Positions 1 to 10,743 of a stretch of 47,104 nt of DNA are shown piece by piece. Position numbers and translations under genes: made by a program. Each line of letters begins with the position of its first letter. Positions within the stretch are counted from its first letter, which is position 1. The stretch is from contig JAHLWZ010000922.1 of NCBI GenBank assembly GCA_020536535.1, positions 1 to 47,104 of the forward strand, in the 5' to 3' direction. This DNA is from Pelomyxa schiedti (lineage: Eukaryota; Protista; Evosea). The notes under the pieces were generated by a model. The model was not told where the DNA came from, searched no databases, and saw only the letters and a program-made list of their open reading frames with translations.

Positions 1-360
1 CTTGCCTCTGCCCCCAACCCCCAGCCCCCCGCCCCTGCCCGCCGCCGCCGCCTCCTCGTCGCCCGCCGCCCGCCCCTCCTCCCCCTCCACCCCCGCCGCC
101 TCGGCCTGTGTCTCCTCCGTACCCCCCACTGTCCCCGCTATTGTAGTCGCCCACGGTACCGGCGGGAGTGGCGGCGGCGGCGGCGGCGGCGGCGGAACCG
201 TGGCGCCCCCGGGGGACGTAGATGAGGAGGAAGGGGGAGGCGTGGTGGGGCGGGCGACAGAGGGAGCCCCCTGGGGGTGGGTGGGGCCGAGGCCCGTCGC
301 AGCCGCTGCCGTTTCCAACGGCACGCTGTTGGACATGTTTTTTTGGTTTTTGCTCATCAT
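1..360 (-). CDS. 5' end of a gene running off the window; Pro/Ala/Gly/Glu low-complexity N-terminus
   Basis: The reverse strand is open from ATG at 360 (MMSKNQKNMSNSVPLETAAAATG...PPPPPPPP...EEAAAAGRGGG) to the window edge. GC-rich sequence follows an A-rich upstream tract, as at other gene starts here. Confidence 0.5.
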   Translation of the reverse strand, partial: MMSKNQKNMSNSVPLETAAAATGLGPTHPQGAPSVARPTTPPPSSSSTSPGGATVPPPPPPPPPLPPVPWATTIAGTVGGTEETQAEAAGVEGEEGRAAGDEEAAAAGRGGGLGVGGRGK

Positions 361-500
361 TTCAGCGAAATTCTCATGGAGGGGGATGAAAGAGTTACGG
401 AAGCACTCGAAAAGAAATCACCGGTGCCAGGGCCAGGTGACGATAAAAAAAAAATGTGATCGAAGCACATCAGAGAAAAAAAAAACGAAACTAGGTGCCT

Positions 501-3500
501 TCACAGCGATTGGAGTGTGAGTGCATGACGAGAAGTCAGCATTGGCACAGCTTGACTCCACAACAAACAGCCTGTTACAGCATTGATGAGGTTGACACGA
601 CGGAATCCTTGGAGTGCCATCAACCCATTGTCTACCATGCACTCAGAATCTGAGCTCCACTGGTAAACACGGCAAGGGGTGTCAGTACTGTTTGCAGAAA
701 AAATGTTCAGAGCCCCAGTGGAAGAAACCTCATAGAAGTGGCTGTCATCAATCTTTCCTCCCAACAAGTTGAAACGCCTCACAACTTGTTTTGTGTCAAT
801 GTCAATCATGAAGTTCGGCCGTGAGGACCAGTGGGGTAGTGGTTGAGTCTGCGGTGCCCCAATGATTCCGTACGTGGATGACCAAAAAATACCGGAGACA
901 CTCAGAAGTAGCTCTTGAAGGATTGAAAGCTCACCCTGCTGATATGTTTTCTCCAAGTCAACAATCCACAGCGCCTGCTTGTCTCTCTTCCGCACTGAAA
1001 ATGCAACAATGTTATCATTACTGCCGCCCAGATTTGCGTCGATCCACTGCACATGTTCCACCTCTTTGATAACCACACTTCTCACAAAATCTGCTCTCCC
1101 TGAAGTTGTGCTGTTGGTTGCCTGCAGTTGTTGTTTTGGCCACATTGCAACCGTGTCCGTCCCATAAGTGTTGTACACCAACTGCCACCGCGTGTTACTC
1201 ACCACAACTGTACGAGAGGTGGCAAAGGCCCCATCCCAGCGAACCACAGTCATCATTTTGGTTGTCTCCACAATCACAGAAGTGGTCGCCGTCGCCTGGT
1301 GCAGCTCCTCGCACATAGCCACGTGGTGGCGGCCAACCCATCCATAAATGCACGCGCTGCTCTTTCTGTAGTCAGATTGGATCGAAAGCACACCCTGTGT
1401 GTGCGAGAGACAGACAAACCACAGTGCATCATTGTACCCCTTGGAGCCTTTTCGCGAGGTCACAACCACGCTCCTTGCCACACCCATGATCCAGTTTCTG
1501 CCGATTTTGTGGCACAACACTCGTTGGGGCAGCAAGCGCAATGGAGAAACCGAGGCGCAGCGTCCCACAATTCCCCCAGCACACAACGCCACAAATTGGT
1601 ACTCTGCCCACGCAACGTTGTCGGGTGTTGGCATCGCACCACCCCAAGCCGGAGCTGCTTCTGCAGAAGTTCCGGGCAGGTTCTGGTCTGGGATCGGCGA
1701 GTTTGATGGGGACACTGGGGGTGCCATTGGTGAAGGTGGACGTGATGAGGGTGGCTCGGAATATGAAGATTCCAATGTGGGGGCTGCACAACAGGTGAGG
1801 TTCACAGTTGTTGCGGTTGATGCTGAAGTTGAAGTCGTTATGCTTGTGGGGGTGGTTGTGGTGGCCTCCTCTGGTGCTTCACCAATGATATGTAAGGTCT
1901 TTGCCCCTGTTTCCAAGACAACCTCACAAGAGCAGGCACCCAAATCATCATTGAATTCCACGTCACTGTAGCCACACCTCGCCTCTTCTTCACCATATCC
2001 GAAATCCAAAACTTCTACAGCAGTGCAGGAGGATGAACCCGACGCGGTGGATGCCGCTGCCGTGCTTGAGCTTGTGCTTGTTGTTGAAGTGGAAATGGGG
2101 ACAATATCTTCAAAACGGGGAAGCTCAGGTAGTTGTGTTTGGTGTTGCTGCTGGTGCACCTGCTGTTGCAATTGTTCCTGTTGCTGTGGGCTTGCGGTTG
2201 TGCTTGGGCTTGCGGTTGTGGTTATGGTTGAAGTGGATACGGGAACGACATCTTCAAAGCGAGGAGGCTCGGGTACTAGTTGTGGTGGAAGCTGCTCCTG
2301 CTGTGCGGGATGTGAGTGTTGCTGCTGTGGGTCCAGTTGATGTGTGTGTGGCTGTGATTGTGCCAGATGTTGAACCGCTTGTGGCTGTGGTGGGGCTAAC
2401 TGTGGCGGATAGGTCAAGATGGGTCCCCTGGTATACAGTCCCAAGGGGAGCACCCAAAAAGGCTTAGTCTGGACAGCACCATTTGCACCCCTCACTTGAA
2501 CAGACATCCTCCTTGGAGGTTCGTGCTCGGCTGAACGCAATTGCAGCCACCAATTTTGAAGCTTTTTTACAGTCCTATTGAGTGAGTATTGTTAGAGAGA
2601 GTACTTTGGCTTATGCTAATTATGTTGATAAGGATTCATGCAGCTAATACCCATATTCTTGGAGCTTTGCCCTGATGTCTTCGATAGCTGCACCTTTTGG
2701 GATCCCAACAATTGACCGGAACAGGTATAGTTGGTGGTTGCTCTTGGCTTCCTCAAATAGCTTTTTCGGCTTGAAATTGTTGTACTCGAGAGCCACTCTC
2801 GTGAATCTTAGTCTGCCTCTCTTTCCTGTGAGTCCCCCCCCTCCTCGTCCCCGTTCCCCCCGTCCCCTGCCTACTCCTACTCCTACTCCTACTCCTGGTC
2901 CTGGTCCTGGTCCTGGTCGACTCCATCCCACTTGGGTTGGTGGTGCTCCTCCTCCTCCCGTTGGGCATCCCCATCCACTTACGCTTCCGCTTCCGCTTCC
3001 ACTTACGCTGCCCCCGGGCCACTGTTGTTGTGCCTGCTGCAAACCAAAACCTCGTACTACCCCTGGTCCACCCCAGCCACCCCATGCTACTTGTGTTGGT
3101 GCCCCTCCGCCTCCTCCTGTTGCCCATCCACATCCCCATCCCCATCCCCATCCCCCTCCGCTTCGGCCCCACCATTGTTGAGCCTGTGGTTGCTGTTGGA
3201 GCTGTTGCAGGCCAAATCCTCGTCCTTGCCCTCGCCCTGCTTGGTATTGTGGGTCCGGCGCAGGGGTTACGTTAAGCGAAAGCGCTCTTGCGTCGGCCGG
3301 GGTGTGGAACTGGACAAAAATGTTTCGTTCAGTGTTCGGCTTACTTGGTGTTTCCATGATGAGTTTCCTGTTTTTGGGGTTAATTGCTTCGAATGACATT
3401 TATGGGAAAAACCACTCAAAAAAAACTCACGGTCGAGGTGTAAGTGCTTCGAACAGAGCTGCGAGCGTCATCTGTTGCGAAACTCCCCACGCCTTGAGAA

Positions 3501-3621
3501 TAGTGTCATCGTCGTACTGTACCCATCTCTGAAACCCCCCGTCCTCCGCCTCGTCGCCGCTCTCGTCGTCTTCCGCCATTTCCTTCACGATCTCTCCCTC
3601 CTCCCCATTTTTTTCAGCCAT
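501..3621 (-). CDS. Spliced hypothetical protein: tandem RRM-like N-terminal module with a Gly/Trp-rich insert, Q/P/T-rich linker, and a lineage-specific C-terminal domain
   Basis: ORFs 3427-3621, 2644-3399 and 501-2540 can be joined by GT-AG introns (donor gtgagt near 3429). The joined pieces align collinearly with the 5349-7273 protein: IFVQFHTPADA/AFATFSTPGAA, SIVGIPKGAAIEDI/SVIGVPRTASRDDV, FWVLPLGLYTRGP/IWALPAGLYYTRRP. Confidence 0.7.
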
Positions 3622-5054
3622 CTCTGCACTCGTGCAGTGCGTATCACCTCACACTGGCGTTTTTTTTCCTCTTTCTTTCTTTCTTTTTTTTCCCCGCCTT
3701 TTATTTCCAAATCTCTCCTGCAAATCCCCAGGCTACGTAAGGGCACACCTAAAATGAAAATCTTTGTGTTCTTGTGGGAGCGTGGGGGAGAGCACCATTG
3801 GAAGAATTATGGGATGGTGGAACCAGCAGCCACTCAAAGAGTAAATGGGGCAGCTGGTAGAAACAATAAACAAACAATCTTGCCCAGTTCAATGCGAGAG
3901 ATACCCTGTTACCTGTTGATACGGAAATGCTTAGACTGCAAATCTCTCAAACTCCACTCAGAGCTGAAGCCAAGCCAGTCTGGCTCCTTGTCATTCCTGG
4001 TCTCCAGGTATTAGGTGCTTTAAAAGACAACTGCATGAAAAAGGGAATGAACTACACAAGAGAAGACTGAAGACTGAGGCCTGAGGGGGGGCACTTCAGA
4101 AAAGTCCCGTAATATTTCTTGATGAAGGATACCAAAGAAAAACCCCTGAGAAAACTTGGCATCGTGCACGCAAGCACGCACTCCCTCACTCCTGTAGAAA
4201 ATGCACAGAGTAAACTCTGTGTCTCCGAGAGAACCTTGCCAACCTTGCACCCCCCTGGGTTCATCAAGGCACACAACACAAAACACGGGAAGTGTGGAAT
4301 GTTATATCAGAAAGTCTGTCTGGAGACACGAGCCGCGGGGAAGTCGTATTTTCCTTCCACACTCACAGGTAACCACTTTCCTTTCTTCTGTGGCATTTTA
4401 CTGACCTCTTCTAGTTGACAACTAGTCTCCAGGTGGTTTCTTTGTGAACTCTGGTCCTATGCATTTCTCTCAGTCACTCTCCCTCCCTTAATAATAATTG
4501 CCCATCCACATGCCATGCACTGTGAGAGCTTGGAGTTATAAACCGGCACCGCACCCACTGGCGGTACCACCCAAAAAGGTCAGGCAACATCCTTCAGCCT
4601 GGGTTTTTTTCAGAATCATCCACCTGCACTCTTTCTTCATCCAGAATTCATGAACATACATTGTACAACAACTCTTGCACCACCATGGATGGAGTGGTAG
4701 TTCCGCTGGCTTCTGCATGTCGTTTTCGTGTGAGTTGAGTCAGCTTCCAACCACAGCACAGAATAAAAACACTTTTAAGAATGAAAAAGGTATTTCTTTT
4801 TTCTTTGTTTAAGAAGAAAGAGTCTGAATTCAGACGCGTTGTATTTCCATGGCTGGAGTCCTTTAGAATTGATACCAAGAAGAATTATGGTGCTTCTGCT
4901 GTGGTGTGGGAAGCACAAGACACCTGAAAAAGATTTAGCAAGTGAATATTTGTTGAGTAAACTGACCTGTTGGTTCTTGCGGGGAGTGAAGAAAGAGAGC
5001 CTCAAGAAATTACAAAAGTTCCTGGTAATTTTTAATTGGGTAGTTGCTTCATCA

Positions 5055-5165
5055 TTCCACCAAGTCTCATTGATTAAATTAAGGAAATTGCTTGCTTGGC
5101 ATTCCACCAAGTCTTATTAATTAATTAAGGAACTTGGCATTCCACCAAGCTCATCAATTAATAAA
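5055..5165. repeat. Three tandem ~40-45 bp repeats (cattccaccaagtctcattgattaaattaaggaa-like)
   Basis: cattccaccaag begins at about 5055, 5100 and 5138, each followed by an AT-rich attaattaagg-like tail. Confidence 0.85.
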
Positions 5166-5348
5166 GGGGAACCACACGCTATAACCATTGCAGTATCAGT
5201 CTTTTTCTTTGACCCTGGTCATTTAAGTGGAAGTCTTCCAGTCTTTTCAAAAAAAAAGTAAAGTGTCTACAGAAAATTGGAATGACTCAATTTAACTTTT
5301 TCGTTAGTATTAATGGCCACATATGTCAAAATGTCAAAATTAAAAAAA

Positions 5349-7273
5349 ATGGCGCATATAATCGATGACGAGCCACTACGAGTACAGTTCCCGGTGGACG
5401 TGCAACTTGTACGCCGGATCTTACGTGTTCCTCAAGGGATGAGTTGGCAGGAACTTATTGACGCAATGCCTCTTTTCGTGTCGTGACTTCGTCTTTTTTT
5501 CCCCTTCGCTCTCGTTCTCGCAACAAGCACAACCTTGATTTGATCGTTTTTTGACTCACAACAAACCAACTCGTCTTGTTCTTACTGGAAAACTGCAGCA
5601 CCTCCATCACTGTCTTACAAGGAAAGAAGGGCTGGGCGTTCGCCACCTTCTCCACACCGGGCGCAGCGTGGCAGGCGGATCTTCATGGAATTGACATAGC
5701 AACGCCACACAACGGACCGCACCGTTTGGGTTTCGCGCAACTGGCGCCGGCATACACACAGAACGGGGAACCAGCAGAGTTTACCCTTCAGGGGGGTTTA
5801 TACAGTGTCATTGGAGTTCCTCGCACCGCATCGCGCGACGATGTGGCTGATCACTTCAACTCCGTATGCAACCTATCTCCACACCCGCATCCGTGCGTGT
5901 TGTTGTCCCGAGCGATGGATGGATTGCGGTTTGTGAAATTGATGCATCCACCACTCAAAGTCTCGGACTGGAGAGTGGGCGGCAATAAGATTTGGGCCCT
6001 GCCAGCTGGTCTATACTACACCAGACGCCCCCCCCTACTGTACACTCGAACTCAGCAACTAGCTCCTCCTCCTCCTCCGCCTCCATCCAGTCAGCCGGCT
6101 CCGCTCCCTATGCCCGATACTCATACGCAGCAACTAGCACCAGCACCACCATGTCACCCAGCACCGCAGCCCCTTCACTCACTTCAGCAGTCAATACAAC
6201 TGCCACAACAACATCAACAGCAGCAACAACAAATATCACAACCAGAAGCGCCAATTCCGGCACAAGAACAGGAAGAAACCCAATCAGTCCAAATACAATC
6301 ACAACAGATACAAACCCAAGCGCAGGCAGAAGCTCAACGTCAAACAAACTCGCCAATACTACCAAATCAAGACTTGTCAATTCAACCACTGCAAATGCAA
6401 ACACAGACAACAGAAATCCTATCTGATGTGCATTCGAAGTCACCAGTACCACCAAATCAAGAGGTTCTTCAAATCCAACCTCCACAAACACAAGTCCAAT
6501 CACAACTTCAAATAAACGGGCAACCAGAGCCACACCAAACTGAACAAGATGCAACAACAAGAGACTCTCTAATGCTTAACTTAGAAGAAGAGGCTGAAGC
6601 GGAAGCTCCGCTCCCTATGCCCGATACTCATACGCAGCAACTAGCACCAGCACCACCATGTCACCCAGCACCGCAGCCCCTTCACTTACTTCAAGACTCG
6701 TCAATTCAACCACCGCAAATTCATACAGCAGAAAGCTTATCTGATACACAATCGAAGTCACCAGTACAACCAAATCAAGAAGTTCTTCAAATCCAACCTC
6801 CACAAACACAAGTCCAACCACAACTTCCAATACACATGCAACCAGAGCCACACCAAACTGAACAAGATGCAACAACAAGAGATTCTTTAATGTGGAACTT
6901 ACCAGAAGAAGAGGCCGAAGCGGAAGCCCCGCTCCCGATGTCAGACAATTACTTGCTTGAGCCACGCAGGCCAACCCAAGGCAGTGCAAATGTAGTAACA
7001 GCACGACCCACAGTTGACGCTCCACAACACCCCCGCTCCCCAACACCACCCCTTTGTTCGCCCTCGCCCTCCCCCCCGCCGTCGCCCCTGCCCCCGCCCT
7101 CACCCTCACCCTCTCCATCACCCCCCTCCTCACCTGAGGTCCCTCAGCCGCGCTGCGGGTGCACCGCGTCCCCGTGCTGTAAAACGAACAGATGCGGATG
7201 CAGAAGGAATCATCGTTCTTGTACGGCGAACTGTCAGTGCCACGAGTCTAACAATAAATGCTGGAATACATAG
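5349..7273 (+). CDS. Spliced protein: RRM-like N-terminal module, duplicated Q/P-rich linker, C-terminal tesmin/TSO1-like CXC cysteine cluster
   Basis: ATG at 5349 (MAHIIDDEPLRVQF...RVPQGMSWQELIDAM), intron to about 5598, then ORF 5576-7273. It has an RNP1-like KGWAFATF and ends RCGCTASPCCKTNRCGCRRNHRSCTANCQC...CWN. Confidence 0.75.
6098..6941 (+). repeat. Intragenic tandem duplication in the Q/P linker
   Basis: APLPMPDTHTQQLAPAPPCHPAPQPLH...PNQEVLQIQPPQTQVQ...PEPHQTEQDATTRDSLM...EEEAEAEAPLPM occurs twice (about 6098-6604 and 6605-6941). Confidence 0.9.
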
Positions 7274-8404
7274 TGCACCCAAACCCAAATCCATATCACC
7301 CACCACCCAAAAATGGGTCTCCTTGAATTTGTCAACAGCTTTGGTGTTTCTCAGAACAGTAGTTCTTTTCTTTTTGAATCGGGTCACCGGACAACGACTA
7401 CGAAATGACGTCTCTGTTGGAACACGACTGGGCGTTGGTGCAGGACGAGGGTGCGGTGGCCAAGTTCGGCGTCGTCGGCGCCGTCCAAGGACTCGCCGTT
7501 GACAGAGTCGTACGACACCGTCACGGCGTCAGAGTTCAATCCTGAGGGTCAATCAGCAGCACCCACGGGAAAACAAGGATGTACTTACTGTTGAAACAAG
7601 CCAAAAGGTGTCTGGGATTAGTTATTCTTAAAATCTCTTCCTGTTATTGCCACCCATACTCACATCACTCAACAAAACTAAACTATGCAAGGTGTCAGCC
7701 TCCTGACTGTAAGGCGCCGTCCAATAGAACAAGTAGAAGAGGTCTCCACCATCATGACAACATTTGTGGGCAGGACCACACTGTAATGGCACAGAGCTAC
7801 GCTTCGCTGCTACCCATTTGTGTTATACACCAGATTATTATGAAGGCCTGATTTATCGGGGTGTGGAATTACAGTGTTTGGTCCTGCTCACTGTTAAATG
7901 CATCCCTGCATTCAAAGCCGAGCTGGTTGGATTGTATTCCCACCTCTGGAATCAGTGCTCAGTGTCCCCATAGGAGCCACCATGTTTATTAAATTACTGG
8001 TGGGTAGACAAAAAGTGAATTGAGGAGTTCCTGAGTCTTTTCTTTTTCAAACAAAGGGATAGTGGAGCGGAATGTTGTTTGGGTGGCTTGTTGGCTGTGA
8101 ATTGATGATAACATGGATGGTTGGTAATCATTATTGGTTGCCTGTGGTATGATGGAATGGCTCAGAGCACATGGGGGATCCACACTGTACCTGAAAAAAG
8201 GTTAGTTAAAGGTAGTGAGAATATGAGGATACTTTTTATGAGCCAAGCCGGCGACCATTAAAGCAACAGAAAGCCAGCGGCACTGAAAAAAAAGATCAGT
8301 GCCAATAAAAGTTGGAATTTTGAAAGCAAACCTAATAATTTCTGCCACGTTCCAACTTTGTAATTCATCCAGATAATCATGATGATCCATTTATCGCTTT
8401 GGTA

Positions 8405-8917
8405 TCGCAGCCCGCCCAGAATGGGCGTGCACATCGTGAGTGCGTGAGTACTCACGGGCAAGAGCTGGCTATATTATATTCAAGTGTATTTGTTGCTGGA
8501 ATAACATTGTCGGGGCCTTCGCAGCCCGCCCAGAATGGGCGTGCACATCGTGAGCGCGTGAGCACTCACGGGCAAGAGCTGGCTATATTATAGTTAAGTG
8601 TATTTGTTGCTGGCTGGAATACCATTATCGAGGCCTCGAGTATTAATTCATCATCCCAGATAATTATCGCAGCCCGCCCAGAATGGGCGTGCACATCGTG
8701 AGCGCTTGAGCACTCACGGGCAAGAGCTGGCTATGCAATCAGTATTTGAAATATAGTACCAGTACCTATGATATGACGGAGACCTAAAGTTGTTGTTCTT
8801 GTTGTTGGAATTAGGATTAATCAGTAAATGCAATCAGTCCCATAATTCGCGGCCCGCCCAGAATGGGCGTGCACATCGTGAGCCGGGGAAACTGCGTGGC
8901 TCACGGGCCAGAGCCGT
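8405..8917 (+). repeat. Array of four ~68-nt structured repeats with variable spacers (copy A)
   Basis: tcgcagcccgcccagaatgggcgtgcacatcgtgag..ctcacgggcaagagctggctat at 8405, 8519 and 8667, with a variant unit at 8847. Confidence 0.95.
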
Positions 8918-8994
8918 ACCTAAGTAAGTTGTGTATCCGGAGGAGCTATACATACAGTAAACGCAGCTTGCGGCGAGAGTCTCTGCTATAGTAG

Positions 8995-9160
8995 CGGAGA
9001 GGGTGAACGTTGAGGCCCAAGACAGCGGGCAGGCCGTGCCGTATTCCTCTCAGCCCCCGGAGGGGTTCGTGCGGGCAGTCGAAAGACAGTGCAGTGATCT
9101 GCCAGGTCAGGCCCGTTGCTGTCCAGGCTGTCTTGGGGGCGCCCACCCGCCCGTCGGTGT
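8995..9160 (+). ncRNA. Putative structured RNA of unknown class (long stem with multibranch head)
   Basis: cccaagacagc (9016-9026) pairs with gctgtcttggg (9127-9137). There is an outer gggtg/caccc pair and internal hairpins agcccc-cgga-ggggtt, gtc-GAAA-gac and tgatct-gcc-aggtca. G-U pairs favour the + strand, and a U-rich tail follows. The core is essentially identical in copy B. Confidence 0.5.
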
Positions 9161-10743
9161 TGTTGTTGTTGCTTTGTTGTTTGTTATTTTTTATGACTTT
9201 GTTATTCTTTCTTATCACTTTTACCAATGATGACTGGGAGATCTTCTCATTGTTTTGCGCGGCGATTTTCACCAATTGGTTCCCAGGAGCAATTGGATTT
9301 CCTGCGAATTTGGACCATCATTGGGGGATCTTCATGCCTCTCTGACTGGCACCGGTGCCCTGCATGTTACTGGATCATAGAAAGGACAGAAAATCAGGGT
9401 GGTTGAGATCGGATGCATTTTTTCGATGATACTACGAAGGAGCTTTACAACCGGTTCCTGGACAAACAGCACCACAACACCACATGTATGTCTGGATCTT
9501 GCATCTCAATTACACTACTCATGTCTTTCTCCCGAGATCCCTCTTCGTTATTTTGAGTGACGGCGTAACATGCGAAGAGCATGGTGCATGTGAAAAGCAT
9601 GGTGTGGTTCTTCTTCTTATTATTGGTTTTGGGGCATGCATCTGATGCAAATAGTCACCTCAGCTGGGAACTGGACGTGGAGGTCCCCCTCTGTTTGTGG
9701 CGCAAATATTTCACAGTATCGAGCTTCAGCCCTCACATTATGTTCTGAATAACTCAATTGTAGTTGCACTTAACTAGCTCATAACTGTCACTGTCAAGTT
9801 AGACTGTCATAGTATTGCCAACAGGCGCGGAAATTAATGCCTTTGGTCACGCAGTGACTGGAACTTCAGAGTAAGGTTTGCATTCTCTGGGAAGACTCCC
9901 TTGAGCGTAGTGGCCCCACAAGTGACTGTGTCATGAAATCTGGTGGTGATCCAGGTTTATACTACGATGAGTCAGGATTGTGAGCATGAGGCTGTGTTCC
10001 AAGGTTAGTATGTGTGGGTAACTATCTAACTAATTTATTGTCCCTTGCATGCCTTAAGAACGCAGAACCTGACTTCATTGGGCTCGATGGACTTATTTCT
10101 TTCTTTGATCACCCTGAGTATGGAATCAATCTTTTCTACAGGTCTCAACCCATCACTAGACTAAAAGTACTCTGCCAGTACACCTGCTACTGCTGGAAAC
10201 ACACTGTTGAGTGTTATTCGAATCTCTGTCTCTCAACACAGATGATTTCTTCCCTTGTTCAGCTATAAAAGAAATAGGGGTGAACCAGATTTAGTAACAC
10301 TACGCAGAAGCTTTCAAAGACTACTGGACTGTTTTCCCTATTTTACTCCATGTCTAATAATGAACCTTATTCAGGCTATATTTACCAGTCCCGGCATTCA
10401 AAAGAGGTCTAGTACAGTATTACATACACTACTATACTCCTCGAGTGAAGTTAAACTTCTTGGTCGTCTTGATCCCATGGCTCGCAGTTTCTGTTTTCCA
10501 GGTACCTAGCATTGCATAAAATAGACTCTTTTTGTCAACAGGGATTGTCTTTCAGTGCCTACCTCACCAATAACAAAAAAGCAATTGTATGACTACAGTA
10601 ATGCCTCTTTTGGTAATAACCATACCATGAGAGACACCAGTTACTCTGCCCTGAGGGTATTTAGCCAAGGAAACACAGTACCCAATCCTTTTTTTTTTCC
10701 CAACTTGGTGTTCCGAAAGCTGTTAAAAAAAACCGCACCTCTA

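Larger units (their letters stand above)
8050..9296. mobile_element. Dispersed non-coding element, copy A (putative non-autonomous element or ncRNA locus)
   Basis: Collinear high-identity match to 34285-35721, from aacaaagggatagtgg to ccaattggttcccaggagcaattgg. No reading frame is conserved between the copies, and no target-site duplication was seen. Confidence 0.7.

Noticed and set aside
2-3396. Plus-strand ORFs such as 2-520 and 2675-3181
   Set aside because: They are antisense shadows of GC-rich low-complexity coding sequence on the minus strand.
3700-5000. Transposase relic between the paralogues
   Set aside because: Only short ORFs, with no convincing catalytic motif or terminal repeats.
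8103-8194. Box C/D snoRNA (TGATGA...CTGA; also 34338-34403)
   Set aside because: There is no terminal stem, box C lacks the leading purine, the spacing differs between copies, and no rRNA guide was recognised.
8405-8472. Repeat as a known ribozyme or tRNA (hammerhead, HDV-like, twister, twister-sister)
   Set aside because: There is no CUGANGA/GAAA core, no HDV nested pseudoknot and no T-loop. GCACA/GCAA recalls the twister-sister internal loop, but the adjacent stem and the conserved UGCAAG loop are missing.
8405-8917. True CRISPR array
   Set aside because: The repeats are too long (~68 nt), the spacers are unequal and derived from each other or from the leader, no cas genes are present, and the context is eukaryotic.
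8995-9160. SRP RNA, RNase MRP or TPP riboswitch
   Set aside because: Only fragments match (GGAG and GAAA loops; GCUGAGA on the minus strand). The SRP helix-8 symmetric loop, the MRP GAAAGUCCCC and the TPP CUGAU arm are absent.
8946-9345. Short ORFs inside the repeated element (also 35198-35644)
   Set aside because: Starts, stops and frames differ between the two copies.
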